From Nitrosopumilaceae archaeon (GTDB lineage: Archaea; Thermoproteota; Nitrososphaeria; Nitrososphaerales; Nitrosopumilaceae): a DNA stretch of 64,000 nucleotides. The stretch lies in contig OZ242365.1 of assembly GCA_965208905.1 (NCBI GenBank), positions 512,001 to 576,000 on the forward strand. The letters are read 5' to 3'. Both the position numbers and the translations under genes were made by a program. Of the stretch, positions 50,564 to 60,437 are shown in pieces; within the stretch, counting starts at the first letter, position 1; each line of letters begins with the position of its first letter. The notes beneath the pieces were generated by a model. That model ran no database searches and was not told where the DNA came from. It was given only the letters and a program-made list of their open reading frames with translations.

Positions 50564-53500
50564 ATGGATAACACGCCTACTGCGATAGTTTTTGTAGCCG
50601 TCGCCGGTGTAATGTGGGGCGTATACGACGCTGCCTATGCCACGAACAGTACGGAACTTGACAATATCCGAACAAGCGTGATTGCCGCTGGCTCCATACC
50701 TGACACATACCTGATTAAACCGTCCGGCACATACTGGGATGCCAGAAACATGACTGCAGTGTATGAGCGCCTTGAGGCATGGACGCTTGCCAAGGACGAA
50801 TCCATTCCGTCTGAACGCTTTCAGAACGAGGTGAACCGGGAGCTGTTTAATACGGCCATTCTGCTGGAGGGCCGCATTGACATACACCATGTGACCGCAC
50901 TAGCCATTGCAAGGGAGCTTGCCCTTGGCACATACGACAACAATACGGCACAATATCTGAAAAAGTACCATGATTATATAATCGATACATTTGACATACC
51001 AAATACGGCCAGCGGCATAAACGCAACACTACACCAAAAGCTGGGCGACATGGCTCCGTTGACCGACGAGATCGTATCCATAACGCACAGGGCCGCCTCA
51101 ATTGCAGGTATACCAAACAAACTGTTGGAGTCCGATATTGAATACTGGGTGGACATAGAACTGGCCACGTATTGTAGACTGAACGGCGGGAGTGGTGGTG
51201 CCAACTGCGTGTATGTCCAACCTGTTACTGATGCCGTAATCGATGGTCAGGATGCCGCCTCGGCAGGCAGTTCACTCTCTTCAACATGGTATTGGCGAGC
51301 ACTCGTATGTTTATCATCGTTTCGAGGCTACAGCCAAGGCGCTATCTGCAGTGACACAATTGGTTTTAGTACGGGTACCAAAGAAATTGATGAAACTGTA
51401 TCTGGCCGCGGAATATACTCTAAATTGAGTGTAAGCGGCGAACCACGTGGCACCACGGGTAAGTTGCATATCGAAGTAGGTGCAGGTGAGAAAGAATCTA
51501 AAACTATAGCTGGGCCTGTGGCATGGAATAGTCCCATAAAAGGAACATGGTCGGCATGGTCGAATCTAAATGATCATCCCTGTTATAGAACGCCCAGCGA
51601 TGCATCAGAACTTCCATATTGCTTAGTAAGTACTACTTGGTCCTTCAAGGGTACGGCAACAGTTACACCACCAACACCTCCATCTCTAGTTAATAGCGCT
51701 CCGACCGCCAATGCCGGAAAGGATCAGATTGTACAGGCTGGCGACACAGTCACGTTGAGTGGCACTGGCTCAGATTCGGATGGGGATACGCTGTCATACG
51801 AATGGAAACAAACATCTAACAATACGGTCCAGCTGAACGGTTCTGGCAAATCCCGGACGTTTACAGCCCCGGAGGGTCCATCCACATTGTTGTTTATGCT
51901 GACTGTCAGTGATAACCGTGGCAAGTCGGCCACAGACACAGTCCAAATTAGAGTCAACGGACCCCCGATGGCCAACATAGGTCCAGTCCCCCAACCGGTC
52001 AACCCTGATACGAAGGTGGAACTAGACGGCAGTGTATCTACTGATCCTGACAACGATCTCCTGACGTATTCATGGGAACAACACCCCACATCCACCGTAA
52101 CCCTGTTAGATTCGGATACCGCAACACCGTCATTTATGGTCGAAGATGATCATGGTCTGGATGTCGTACGGTTCATACTTACCGTTACAGACATACATAA
52201 TGCAACAGATACTGCCATGATCGACATTGAAGTAAATGCAGCCCCCCACCTTGATGTGGAACAGCCTGAAATGATCTGGATATATTCCCTGCGGAACCCC
52301 GCCGAAAAACTGAACAATGAAATACTGGAATTTTTTGGATTGCACCAGTTTGTAACCCATACGGACAGCACGCCAATCCACACGTATACCGGCATCCTGG
52401 CTGGCGAGGCCAGATTTGGTTTAAACGGCACTGACACAAACGACGACACTCTTGATATTTTAGTTGCAGAAAAACCAAAGAGAATTTATCTGGTCGACTG
52501 CGATTCCATCGATGTGCAGTATAAGAACAATAACACCATCACCAGTGGGCCCAGTCCGCTTGTCGGTTCGGTGTGTCTGATGGCACTGGACACAGGGAGC
52601 GGCATATTTGAATTGATGGCCAAAGATGAACATGATGCGTCAACCAATACCGAGGTTGGATATAACGTGTTTAACGGTGCCTCCGTCGAGTTCCCTGAAA
52701 TAAAATTTGAAAGTGACGAACAACAAAATACAAAAAAACCAAAATCGACATTTAAAGCCAGCATTAAAAAACCCGGACTTGGTGGAGAAGTGCCGGATAT
52801 CATTTTATATGTCGCATCTGTGGAGGTTCTCAAATGCGTCAACGGCGACGATACACGAAACTACGTGTTTTGCAACATCATAAATCTTATCCGAGGAACC
52901 GACTATGCCAGCGCGTTGCATGGCGACTCTGACAAACCGCAACAGCACAAAAACAACGCTGCGTGGGATGTTGTGGCAGTCATATCGGAAACTACGACTA
53001 GCACCCATCCTGATGTGGTGGTGACCATCAATACGGCAGGTACTGAGGCACACTCACGATTAACAACCGACGCAAATATGGGTGCATCTACTAAAGATAT
53101 AACAGTCGAGGATCATGGTGTGGAGGAAGGTGGCATGTACTCGTATGCACTGGGCGTTACCCTAAACGACGGGAGCCACAAATACATCCCATTGGGGAGT
53201 GTGACCGTTCCGGACATCACTGCACCGACAATTACGTTGTTGGGTAATGTGGACATAACCATGCCGTTCAATTCTGCATATGTGGAACCAGGTTACAACG
53301 CCACCGACAATGTGGATGGCGACATCACATCCAAGGTAATAGTAACCAGCACGCTGAACACTACCAAGGCGGGCACATATCACATACACTATGATGTGGC
53401 AGATGATGCGGGCAATCAGGCCGTACGGCAGAATAGGACGGTCACGGTGGCGCCCAACATGCATCCGCTTGCCGATGCCGGAGTGAACCAGACAGTACGG

Positions 53501-55624
53501 TTTGGCGATGTGGTGAGGCTGAATGGTTCGGCATCTACGGATCCCGATAACGGAACAATATCGCACACATGGAGGCAGACGGCGGGGCCGGCCGTAGTTC
53601 TGTCGGATAACATGTCGCCATCTCCGACATTCACGGCACCGGACAGTGTCGGTACGTTTACGTTTGAGCTGACCGTATCTGATGGCTATGACACCGGTAC
53701 GGATACGGTTACAGTCACGGTGGCGGGGTTTCCGACTGCCGATGCGGGTATAGACCAGACCGTGCATCGCCTGCAAACCGTATCGCTGGACGGCTCGGCC
53801 TCACATGATCCTGACAACGATACCTTGTCATACCTGTGGAGGCAGACGGTGGGTCCGGCCGTAACACTATCCAATGGCACGGCGCCATCGCCGACGTTCA
53901 CATCCCCGGATAGCGCGGCCGCCATTACGTTTGAGCTGACCGTATCAGACGGTACATATTCAGATACCGACACGGTCACCATACATGTGGTGAACCGCCC
54001 GCCCGTTGCCAACGCCGGACCCGACCGGACAGTACAGTCGGGCGAGAACATGACATTGAGCGGGGCAGCATCCACCGATGCGGACGGCGACACATTGTCA
54101 TATTCCTGGAGTGTGGTGACGGGCCCAAGGATATCTTTGACAAATCCTGACAGCGCGCAGGTCAGTTTTGTCGCCCCCACCGGCCCTGTACTCCTGGGCA
54201 TCCTGCTTACCGTACATGACGGCTGGGACTCCTCGCAGGACTTGGTTGTTATAGACGTGCTCAGGCCGCCCAACCGCCCACCCGTATCAGATGCCGGCAT
54301 AGACCGGACTGCCGGATACGGCAAGACCATACATATTGACGGCTCCACATCACACGACCCGGACAGCGATACCATATCATACGTATGGAACCAGACGGCC
54401 GGCATTGCAGTCTCGCTGTCCGACCATACGATACCAAATCCCGCGTTCACCACGCCAAATGCCACCACATCCATAACATTTGAGCTGACCGTGTCGGACG
54501 GACATCTGGCGCACACCGACGCCGTTACCATAACCGTGGCCAACCGCTCCCCAGCCGCTGACGCAGGCGCAGACCGGGCCGCAGGGTTCGGCCATATTAT
54601 AACGCTGGACGGCTCCGCATCGGATCCCGACGGCGATGCCATATCATACGTATGGAACCAGACATCGGGGCCGGCAGTCATTCTATCAGATAATGCGGCG
54701 CTGTCGCCCTCATTTGCGGCGCCCACCAGTATGGCCACCATGACATTTGAGATTACCGCATCGGACGGATGGCTGTCCCATACGGATGCGGTTGCCATAA
54801 CCGTGGTGAACCATCCACCCACATCCGATGCGGGTGTAGCCCAGACCGTACGGCTTGGCGATACGGTAACACTGGACGGCTCCGCATCAGATCCTGACGG
54901 CGATACCATATCATACATGTGGAACCAGACTGCGGGTCCGACCGTAGCCCTCTCGGATGATGCCGCATCATCGCCTACATTCACGGCGCCGAGCAGCGCC
55001 GGCATATTGACATTTGAGCTGACCGTATCGGACGGATACGATACAGACACCGATACGGTCACGATAACCGTGGTGAACCGGCCCCCCGTGGCCAGTGCGG
55101 GCGCAGACCAGACAGTGCGGTTCGGCGATACCGTAACCTTGGACGGCTCCGCATCTACCGACCCGGACGGTGATGCCATAACATATGTCTGGAAAGAGAC
55201 GTCGGGGACAGGCGTAAAGCTGTCCGATACTACCGTACAATCCCCCACGTTTACGGCGCCCGGCAGCGCTGCAACATTAACATTTGAGCTTACGGTATCC
55301 GACGGCGAGTTCAGCAGCACCGGTACAGTTACAATAACGGTAAAGCATCCCAACCGCGCCCCCACTGCCAACGCCGGTCCAGACCATACCGCCGGTGTGG
55401 GCGATACAATAACACTAAGCGGGGCCGCATCCACCGACCCGGACAATGACACATTAACGTATACGTGGGAGGTCCTAATCGGCCCATCACAAATACTATC
55501 TGGCACGACAGGCCCTTCGGTTACAGTTACCGTTCCGAGCGGTGTGGGCCTTCTAGGAATATACCTTACTGTATCTGATGGCCAGTATGCATCGCAAGAC
55601 CTGGTGGTAATCACGGTGGAATAA
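50564..55624 (+). CDS. Large secreted/surface protein with about 10 PKD/K319L-like Ig repeats and a DUF5011-like domain
   Basis: Signal peptide; repeats P.ADAG.DQTV..G..V.LDGS.S.DPD.D..SY.W.QT.G...FTAP...FELTVSDG; DITAPTITLLG...YVEPGY.ATDNVDGD. Confidence 0.9.
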   Translation: MDNTPTAIVFVAVAGVMWGVYDAAYATNSTELDNIRTSVIAAGSIPDTYLIKPSGTYWDARNMTAVYERLEAWTLAKDESIPSERFQNEVNRELFNTAILLEGRIDIHHVTALAIARELALGTYDNNTAQYLKKYHDYIIDTFDIPNTASGINATLHQKLGDMAPLTDEIVSITHRAASIAGIPNKLLESDIEYWVDIELATYCRLNGGSGGANCVYVQPVTDAVIDGQDAASAGSSLSSTWYWRALVCLSSFRGYSQGAICSDTIGFSTGTKEIDETVSGRGIYSKLSVSGEPRGTTGKLHIEVGAGEKESKTIAGPVAWNSPIKGTWSAWSNLNDHPCYRTPSDASELPYCLVSTTWSFKGTATVTPPTPPSLVNSAPTANAGKDQIVQAGDTVTLSGTGSDSDGDTLSYEWKQTSNNTVQLNGSGKSRTFTAPEGPSTLLFMLTVSDNRGKSATDTVQIRVNGPPMANIGPVPQPVNPDTKVELDGSVSTDPDNDLLTYSWEQHPTSTVTLLDSDTATPSFMVEDDHGLDVVRFILTVTDIHNATDTAMIDIEVNAAPHLDVEQPEMIWIYSLRNPAEKLNNEILEFFGLHQFVTHTDSTPIHTYTGILAGEARFGLNGTDTNDDTLDILVAEKPKRIYLVDCDSIDVQYKNNNTITSGPSPLVGSVCLMALDTGSGIFELMAKDEHDASTNTEVGYNVFNGASVEFPEIKFESDEQQNTKKPKSTFKASIKKPGLGGEVPDIILYVASVEVLKCVNGDDTRNYVFCNIINLIRGTDYASALHGDSDKPQQHKNNAAWDVVAVISETTTSTHPDVVVTINTAGTEAHSRLTTDANMGASTKDITVEDHGVEEGGMYSYALGVTLNDGSHKYIPLGSVTVPDITAPTITLLGNVDITMPFNSAYVEPGYNATDNVDGDITSKVIVTSTLNTTKAGTYHIHYDVADDAGNQAVRQNRTVTVAPNMHPLADAGVNQTVRFGDVVRLNGSASTDPDNGTISHTWRQTAGPAVVLSDNMSPSPTFTAPDSVGTFTFELTVSDGYDTGTDTVTVTVAGFPTADAGIDQTVHRLQTVSLDGSASHDPDNDTLSYLWRQTVGPAVTLSNGTAPSPTFTSPDSAAAITFELTVSDGTYSDTDTVTIHVVNRPPVANAGPDRTVQSGENMTLSGAASTDADGDTLSYSWSVVTGPRISLTNPDSAQVSFVAPTGPVLLGILLTVHDGWDSSQDLVVIDVLRPPNRPPVSDAGIDRTAGYGKTIHIDGSTSHDPDSDTISYVWNQTAGIAVSLSDHTIPNPAFTTPNATTSITFELTVSDGHLAHTDAVTITVANRSPAADAGADRAAGFGHIITLDGSASDPDGDAISYVWNQTSGPAVILSDNAALSPSFAAPTSMATMTFEITASDGWLSHTDAVAITVVNHPPTSDAGVAQTVRLGDTVTLDGSASDPDGDTISYMWNQTAGPTVALSDDAASSPTFTAPSSAGILTFELTVSDGYDTDTDTVTITVVNRPPVASAGADQTVRFGDTVTLDGSASTDPDGDAITYVWKETSGTGVKLSDTTVQSPTFTAPGSAATLTFELTVSDGEFSSTGTVTITVKHPNRAPTANAGPDHTAGVGDTITLSGAASTDPDNDTLTYTWEVLIGPSQILSGTTGPSVTVTVPSGVGLLGIYLTVSDGQYASQDLVVITVE

Positions 55625-57277
55625 ATGAGGCGCGATATACATATTCCAGTATTGTTGGCGGTCGTGTTCGCCGCTGCAATGGGCACTGTTGCCGTCTCCA
55701 TGGCTGCCGAGGATTTGGCGGGGGCGGATCTATTCGGCGCCAACCTGACAGGGGCGGACCTGTCTTATGCGGACATGCGGGGAGCGGACCTGTCTTATGC
55801 GGACATGCGGGGAGCGGACCTGTCTTATGCGGACATGCGGGGAGCGGACCTGCAGTATGCCGTACTGTCAACTGAGACTAACTTCAAAAACATGTCTGGC
55901 ACAAACATGGCATTTGCCAACCTGCGCGGCGCCAACCTGACAGGCGCCACACTGCAGGGCGCGGATCTGACAGGCGCCACACTGCAGGGCGCGGATCTGA
56001 CAGATGCGGATCTGCGGGGCGCCAACCTGACGGACACAAAATTGTGGGGTTCGACTCTCACCGGTACAGATCTGAGCCGCACTGACATAGACGACACTGA
56101 TCTGCGGTATCTAAACCTGCAGGGGACAAGTCTGCGGGGAGTGTTTCTACAGCATATAGACTTGCAGGATGTGGATTTCAGGGGAGTGGATCTGTCGGGA
56201 GCACGCCTATGGAGGTGTAGCTTGGAAGGCGTGGATATGGAGGGTGCGGTTCTGGTGGGGGCGGATCTGAATGGTGCAAAGATGGCCGGAGTTAACCTAA
56301 GGGGTGCCAACCTGACAAACGCGTCATTATTGAATACGCATATGACTAATGCAAATTTGGAGGATGCAGATCTGCGGGGCGTTGCTCTGGGAAATGCAGA
56401 TCTGCGGGGTGCAGATCTGCGGGGTGCAGATCTGCGGGGGGTACGATATCTACTTTCTTCGTATTTGCAGGGGGCAGACATGGCGCATGCAGTTCTCTCG
56501 GATTTAGATCTACGGGACATAGACCTGCGGGAGGTGGACCTGACACACGCCAACATGCGCGGGGTGGACCTGCGTGATACAGACCTGCGGGAGGTGGAAC
56601 TGTCGATATTTTTAGAGAGTGCGGATCTGCGGGGCGCAAACATGGAGGGCATGAGCCTTACAAGTGCACGCCTGTGGCATGCGAATCTGGAAGGCGCAAA
56701 CCTGAAGTTTGCAAACCTAACCGATGCATACCTGTCTGCCGCAAACCTGCGGGGTGCGGATCTGCAGGGCGCCCGTCTAACGTCACATCTGGACGGGGCG
56801 GATCTGCGCAACGCAAACCTGCGCAACGCAAACCTCTGGAGGGCACTCATACACAATACAAACCTGTCGGGCGCAGACCTGCGCAATGCAAATCTCTCAG
56901 GCGTTGACTTTTCAGGCAACCATCCGGGCGTTTTATCATTTTCAGACATTATACCGCTACTCGCCAACCTGACAAACATCGACCTGACAAGCTCCGCCCA
57001 AACGGATACGCCCCCACGACTTTCCATCACATCATACCCCGTCCGCTTCAATGGTACAGACGTGACGTTTGCCGACCTGCGTGGCGCGGACCTGAGCGGG
57101 GCGGGACTGGCCAACATCAACTTTACGGGTGCGGACTTCCGCAATGCGGTTTTGTGTGGTGCGGACCTAACCGGCGCCACCCTGAATGGCGCGGACCTAA
57201 CCGGCGCCACCATACACCAAAACCAGTCGCGGGCCCAAGAGCTCATCAAACTGGGAGCCATATACGCATGCAGATGA
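55625..57277 (+). CDS. Secreted pentapeptide-repeat protein
   Basis: Signal peptide followed by many A(D/N)LxG repeats. Confidence 0.92.
   Translation: MRRDIHIPVLLAVVFAAAMGTVAVSMAAEDLAGADLFGANLTGADLSYADMRGADLSYADMRGADLSYADMRGADLQYAVLSTETNFKNMSGTNMAFANLRGANLTGATLQGADLTGATLQGADLTDADLRGANLTDTKLWGSTLTGTDLSRTDIDDTDLRYLNLQGTSLRGVFLQHIDLQDVDFRGVDLSGARLWRCSLEGVDMEGAVLVGADLNGAKMAGVNLRGANLTNASLLNTHMTNANLEDADLRGVALGNADLRGADLRGADLRGVRYLLSSYLQGADMAHAVLSDLDLRDIDLREVDLTHANMRGVDLRDTDLREVELSIFLESADLRGANMEGMSLTSARLWHANLEGANLKFANLTDAYLSAANLRGADLQGARLTSHLDGADLRNANLRNANLWRALIHNTNLSGADLRNANLSGVDFSGNHPGVLSFSDIIPLLANLTNIDLTSSAQTDTPPRLSITSYPVRFNGTDVTFADLRGADLSGAGLANINFTGADFRNAVLCGADLTGATLNGADLTGATIHQNQSRAQELIKLGAIYACR
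55754..55852 (+). repeat. Perfect 30-bp tandem repeat x3 (ADLSYADMRG)
   Basis: GCGGACCTGTCTTATGCGGACATGCGGGGA repeated. Confidence 0.9.
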
Positions 57278-57523
57278 CATAACATATCACAGCCGCGGTG
57301 TCTAATGAAACTGGATGTGAGTATGTAGGTAGTTAGCGGCTCAACTAATTCTAGGTGCGACCTAGTGCATGTTGCAACAGGCTGTGTACCACGGACATTA
57401 CCATCTTAAGATCGTAAAGTATATTGATCATATTATCGCAGTCCACAATATATGCGAATCAAACAAATCTATTCGGCACTACTGCAGAATACTGCGATAC
57501 CGCCCCCACCAGTTGCCGCCATT

Positions 57524-57749
57524 CCGGCAGCGCGAAGCGCAACAGCCAACCCCTGGTGACATTGTATACTAAAAACCGTTATAAACGAATTACATTGTAG
57601 GCGTAAAACCGTTATAAAGAGACGCTGCATGCGACAAAATCACCATAAAACGGCTGACATTGTATACTAAAAACCGTTATAAAATGACATTGTATACTAA
57701 AAACCGTTATAACCATAAGGTATTGACTCCTTCTACCGTTAATTACAAC
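57524..57749 (+). repeat. Copy 2 of the non-coding module, with four 28-bp repeats
   Basis: TGACATTGTATACTAAAAACCGTTATAA at 57557, 57655 and 57685, degenerate copy at 57590; ends CCTTCTACCGTTAATTACAAC. Confidence 0.9.
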
Positions 57750-57924
57750 CTTTAATCGCCCCCCCACAACATAATATCATGAAGATATTCAACAAACATG
57801 ACACATCAGATACTATACCTACAGGTGTAGTAACAATATCAAAATCCAAACCATATAGTACAATAAGAATAAACAATGCTGCTCACAGCAACGTACTAAA
57901 CAGATGTGCTGGCACAACTAACCA

Positions 57925-58191
57925 ATGCCTTTCATATCTGTGATGACATACACTATCATGAAGCTAAAGCAATACAACATAGTTGATCTACAACTCAAAC
58001 AAGATGCCTCAGATCAAAAAATTCTACGTACTATAGGCATTTCACTAGCATTTGGGACGTTAGCAGGTTTTGCATCATATTTATCAACAGAAACTGTTGA
58101 ATATTCCATTCCAAACCATACTGTGATGGTTGCATCCATTGCTGCTGTACCAACGGTTTCTGTTATACTATCTTGGTTTGAAGCTAGATGA
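57925..58191 (+). CDS. Small two-TM hypothetical protein
   Basis: Two hydrophobic segments. Confidence 0.45.
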   Translation: MPFISVMTYTIMKLKQYNIVDLQLKQDASDQKILRTIGISLAFGTLAGFASYLSTETVEYSIPNHTVMVASIAAVPTVSVILSWFEAR

Positions 58192-58326
58192 CATACACTA
58201 CGAATCAACTGTCTAATTCAATTTTAGCCACCATATTGCAGTGATGTGCATCATACTTTCTTGGAGCCAACTCCTCAACAACAGATTCTCGATTCCTTTA
58301 ATTATGATTCGTCGTTATGCATACTC

Positions 58327-58698
58327 ATGGTATACCTAGACTATAATGCCACCACACCCGTGGACAGTAGAGTAATAGATGTAATGATGCCACTATTAGC
58401 AGAAGGCTTTGGTAATCCATCAAGTAGCCATAAGTCTGGTAGACTGGCTGCGCAGGTAGTAGAAGAATCGCGCAGAAACGTAGCAGAGGCCGTGGGTATG
58501 GGTAAATCTGATGTGATATTCACTTCTGGGGCAACTGAGGCCAACAACTTAGCCCTAACCGGTCTACAAAAAGGACTTGGGCGAGTCATCAATACACTGA
58601 CGGGAGCCACAGAACACAAGTCAGTCCTCCAAACATGTGGATGCAAATACTTTGACAACGGATGCTGTCCGTCTCAAAATAATACAGTTGCCGGATAG
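58327..58698 (+). pseudogene. Truncated cysteine desulfurase (IscS/DndA-like)
   Basis: YLDYNATTP, FGNPSS.H, IFTSGATEANN, EHKSV, then stop; PLP-Lys and catalytic Cys regions absent. Confidence 0.85.
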
Positions 58699-58761
58699 CC
58701 AAAAGATTTTGCGTATAGTGAAACTGTAACACTATCAATAATATTATCGAATCATAATAAT

Positions 58762-59316
58762 ATGACAAGATTGCTTAAATCCAAACATGGTGGGGCCAAC
58801 AGGCGGTGTCCTTTGAAACGTAAACCTACTCTAAAATCTCTGCTGGATAGGTTCAACCTAGACAAGGTGAGTATAAACATGCCATTCCTCACAGCAGACA
58901 TTACATTCAAAGCTCCAGACAAAGATGCGGCTTGGGACCTGTATGTAGAGATGCTCACCAGAGTTGTTACCCAGCCACTTCCGCCCAACTCCGGCGATGA
59001 AAAGGCAGCCTTAGAGAGCGTACACACACTCTTTTCTACCACTCGGGAAATTTTGCGACACCATGGCAGAAAAGCCACTACATTCAGCAAGGTTGCCATA
59101 CCAATACTGAACCAAGTGGTGCGCCCGTTCACAACCAAATGGCATGCACGCCTAAAAGACGGCACGTCTTGCAGCCAAGAAGAACTTGATGAGTTTCGCA
59201 CAGAATTGGACGTTCTTGCTAAAGACTTGCGCAATTATGCCAAGTTGTTGGCAGAGATTGCATGTGTAGAGGACTTGACAGATTTAGAACAGGTTGAAAA
59301 CGGGCAACATGACTAA
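58762..59316 (+). CDS. Uncharacterised helical protein upstream of the TIR gene
   Basis: AAWDLYVEMLTRV.TQPL...E.AL.S...LF..TREIL...LNQVVRPF..KWH. Confidence 0.75.
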   Translation: MTRLLKSKHGGANRRCPLKRKPTLKSLLDRFNLDKVSINMPFLTADITFKAPDKDAAWDLYVEMLTRVVTQPLPPNSGDEKAALESVHTLFSTTREILRHHGRKATTFSKVAIPILNQVVRPFTTKWHARLKDGTSCSQEELDEFRTELDVLAKDLRNYAKLLAEIACVEDLTDLEQVENGQHD

Positions 59317-59354
59317 CCCACTCCAATAAATACTGGTAAAATACCATAGCAGTA

Positions 59355-59906
59355 ATGACTGATAGGCATAAGGTATTCGTATCATTTCATCACGATGATG
59401 AGGAATACAAGGACCAGTTTGTGGATATGATGGAGGGGTATATTGTGGACAAGTCTATACACGACCAAGATATAGACGATGATAACCTGAAGACTGAAAC
59501 TACGCGTCAAAAAATTCGGGATAATTTTATTGCGGACGCGACGGTGACCGTGGTGCTTGTTGGTAAATGCACATGGCAGCGGAAGCATGTTGACTGGGAA
59601 ATTGGGTCCAGCTTGAGGGATACAAAACACAATTCCCGGTGTGGACTGCTAGGCATTCTACTTCCAACACATCCAAGCTATAATAAGGAAAAATACAATC
59701 CATATTTGGTGCCACCGAGGCTAGCCGACAATCACGATAATAATAATTCTTATGCACGAATGTATGATTGGTCAAATTCAGCAGATATGGTTCAAAAATG
59801 GATTCATGAGGCTTTTACCAGAAGAGACAAGATAAATCCAAACAACAGTCGGCAACAGTTTAAGCATAATCGAAGTGGTAAATGCTCACAAGGCTGGTCT
59901 GAATAA
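59355..59906 (+). CDS. ThsB-like TIR-domain protein (MTH538/DUF1863)
   Basis: HKVFVSFHH, IRDNFI, VTVVLVG..TW.RKHVDWEI (catalytic Glu). Confidence 0.85.
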   Translation: MTDRHKVFVSFHHDDEEYKDQFVDMMEGYIVDKSIHDQDIDDDNLKTETTRQKIRDNFIADATVTVVLVGKCTWQRKHVDWEIGSSLRDTKHNSRCGLLGILLPTHPSYNKEKYNPYLVPPRLADNHDNNNSYARMYDWSNSADMVQKWIHEAFTRRDKINPNNSRQQFKHNRSGKCSQGWSE

Positions 59907-60437
59907 GCAGTATATCGCGCCGAAAACATGTATTATTTTGTGTAACAATATTTTACGGTGGCTTAGTGACTGTTTCACTTTTTGAAGATACATCCATTTG
60001 TAATACTTGGTCAGGTCGTGCTTATTGTTCTAAGTAAAAAACCACCTATGTAAACCAAGCCTGGGAGAGTGTGTCGCCGCATACCTTGTTGAATGCCAAG
60101 TACGATAGCCAGTCGGTATTATGTAAACAATCGGTGGTTGGAACAACTTTTTCGACCTGACGGGAGGGGGAAGGAGGGAGTCGAAGCCGCCCCTCGCCTG
60201 AATGGGGGCGGCAAGATGCCACCCGCGCCGCCGGACAAAATGCAATGCGCAGAATCCCCCACGGGCGGCGGACCCCAAAAACAAATATCGTGTCCTTCCG
60301 AGTCTTCCGATGCGGCACAAAACAGCCGGGTTTTTTAGGGGCGTATGGCCCCGGAAAAGCAGCGCGTCTGATGTATTGTATCGACATATGCCGGAACCGT
60401 CCCATTGTAGTTTGAGGGCTCAGTTGCGGCATACGGC

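Noticed and set aside
53686-55743. 685-aa minus-strand ORF
   Set aside because: Antisense shadow of the GC-rich repeat gene
55825-57285. 486-aa minus-strand ORF
   Set aside because: Antisense shadow of the pentapeptide repeats
57557-57712. Possible CRISPR array (28-bp repeats)
   Set aside because: Gaps between copies are 5, 37 and 2 bp, not regular unique spacers; no cas genes
60252-60260. GAATCCCCC as attR of the tRNA-Lys island
   Set aside because: Only 9 bp match; accessory genes continue beyond it
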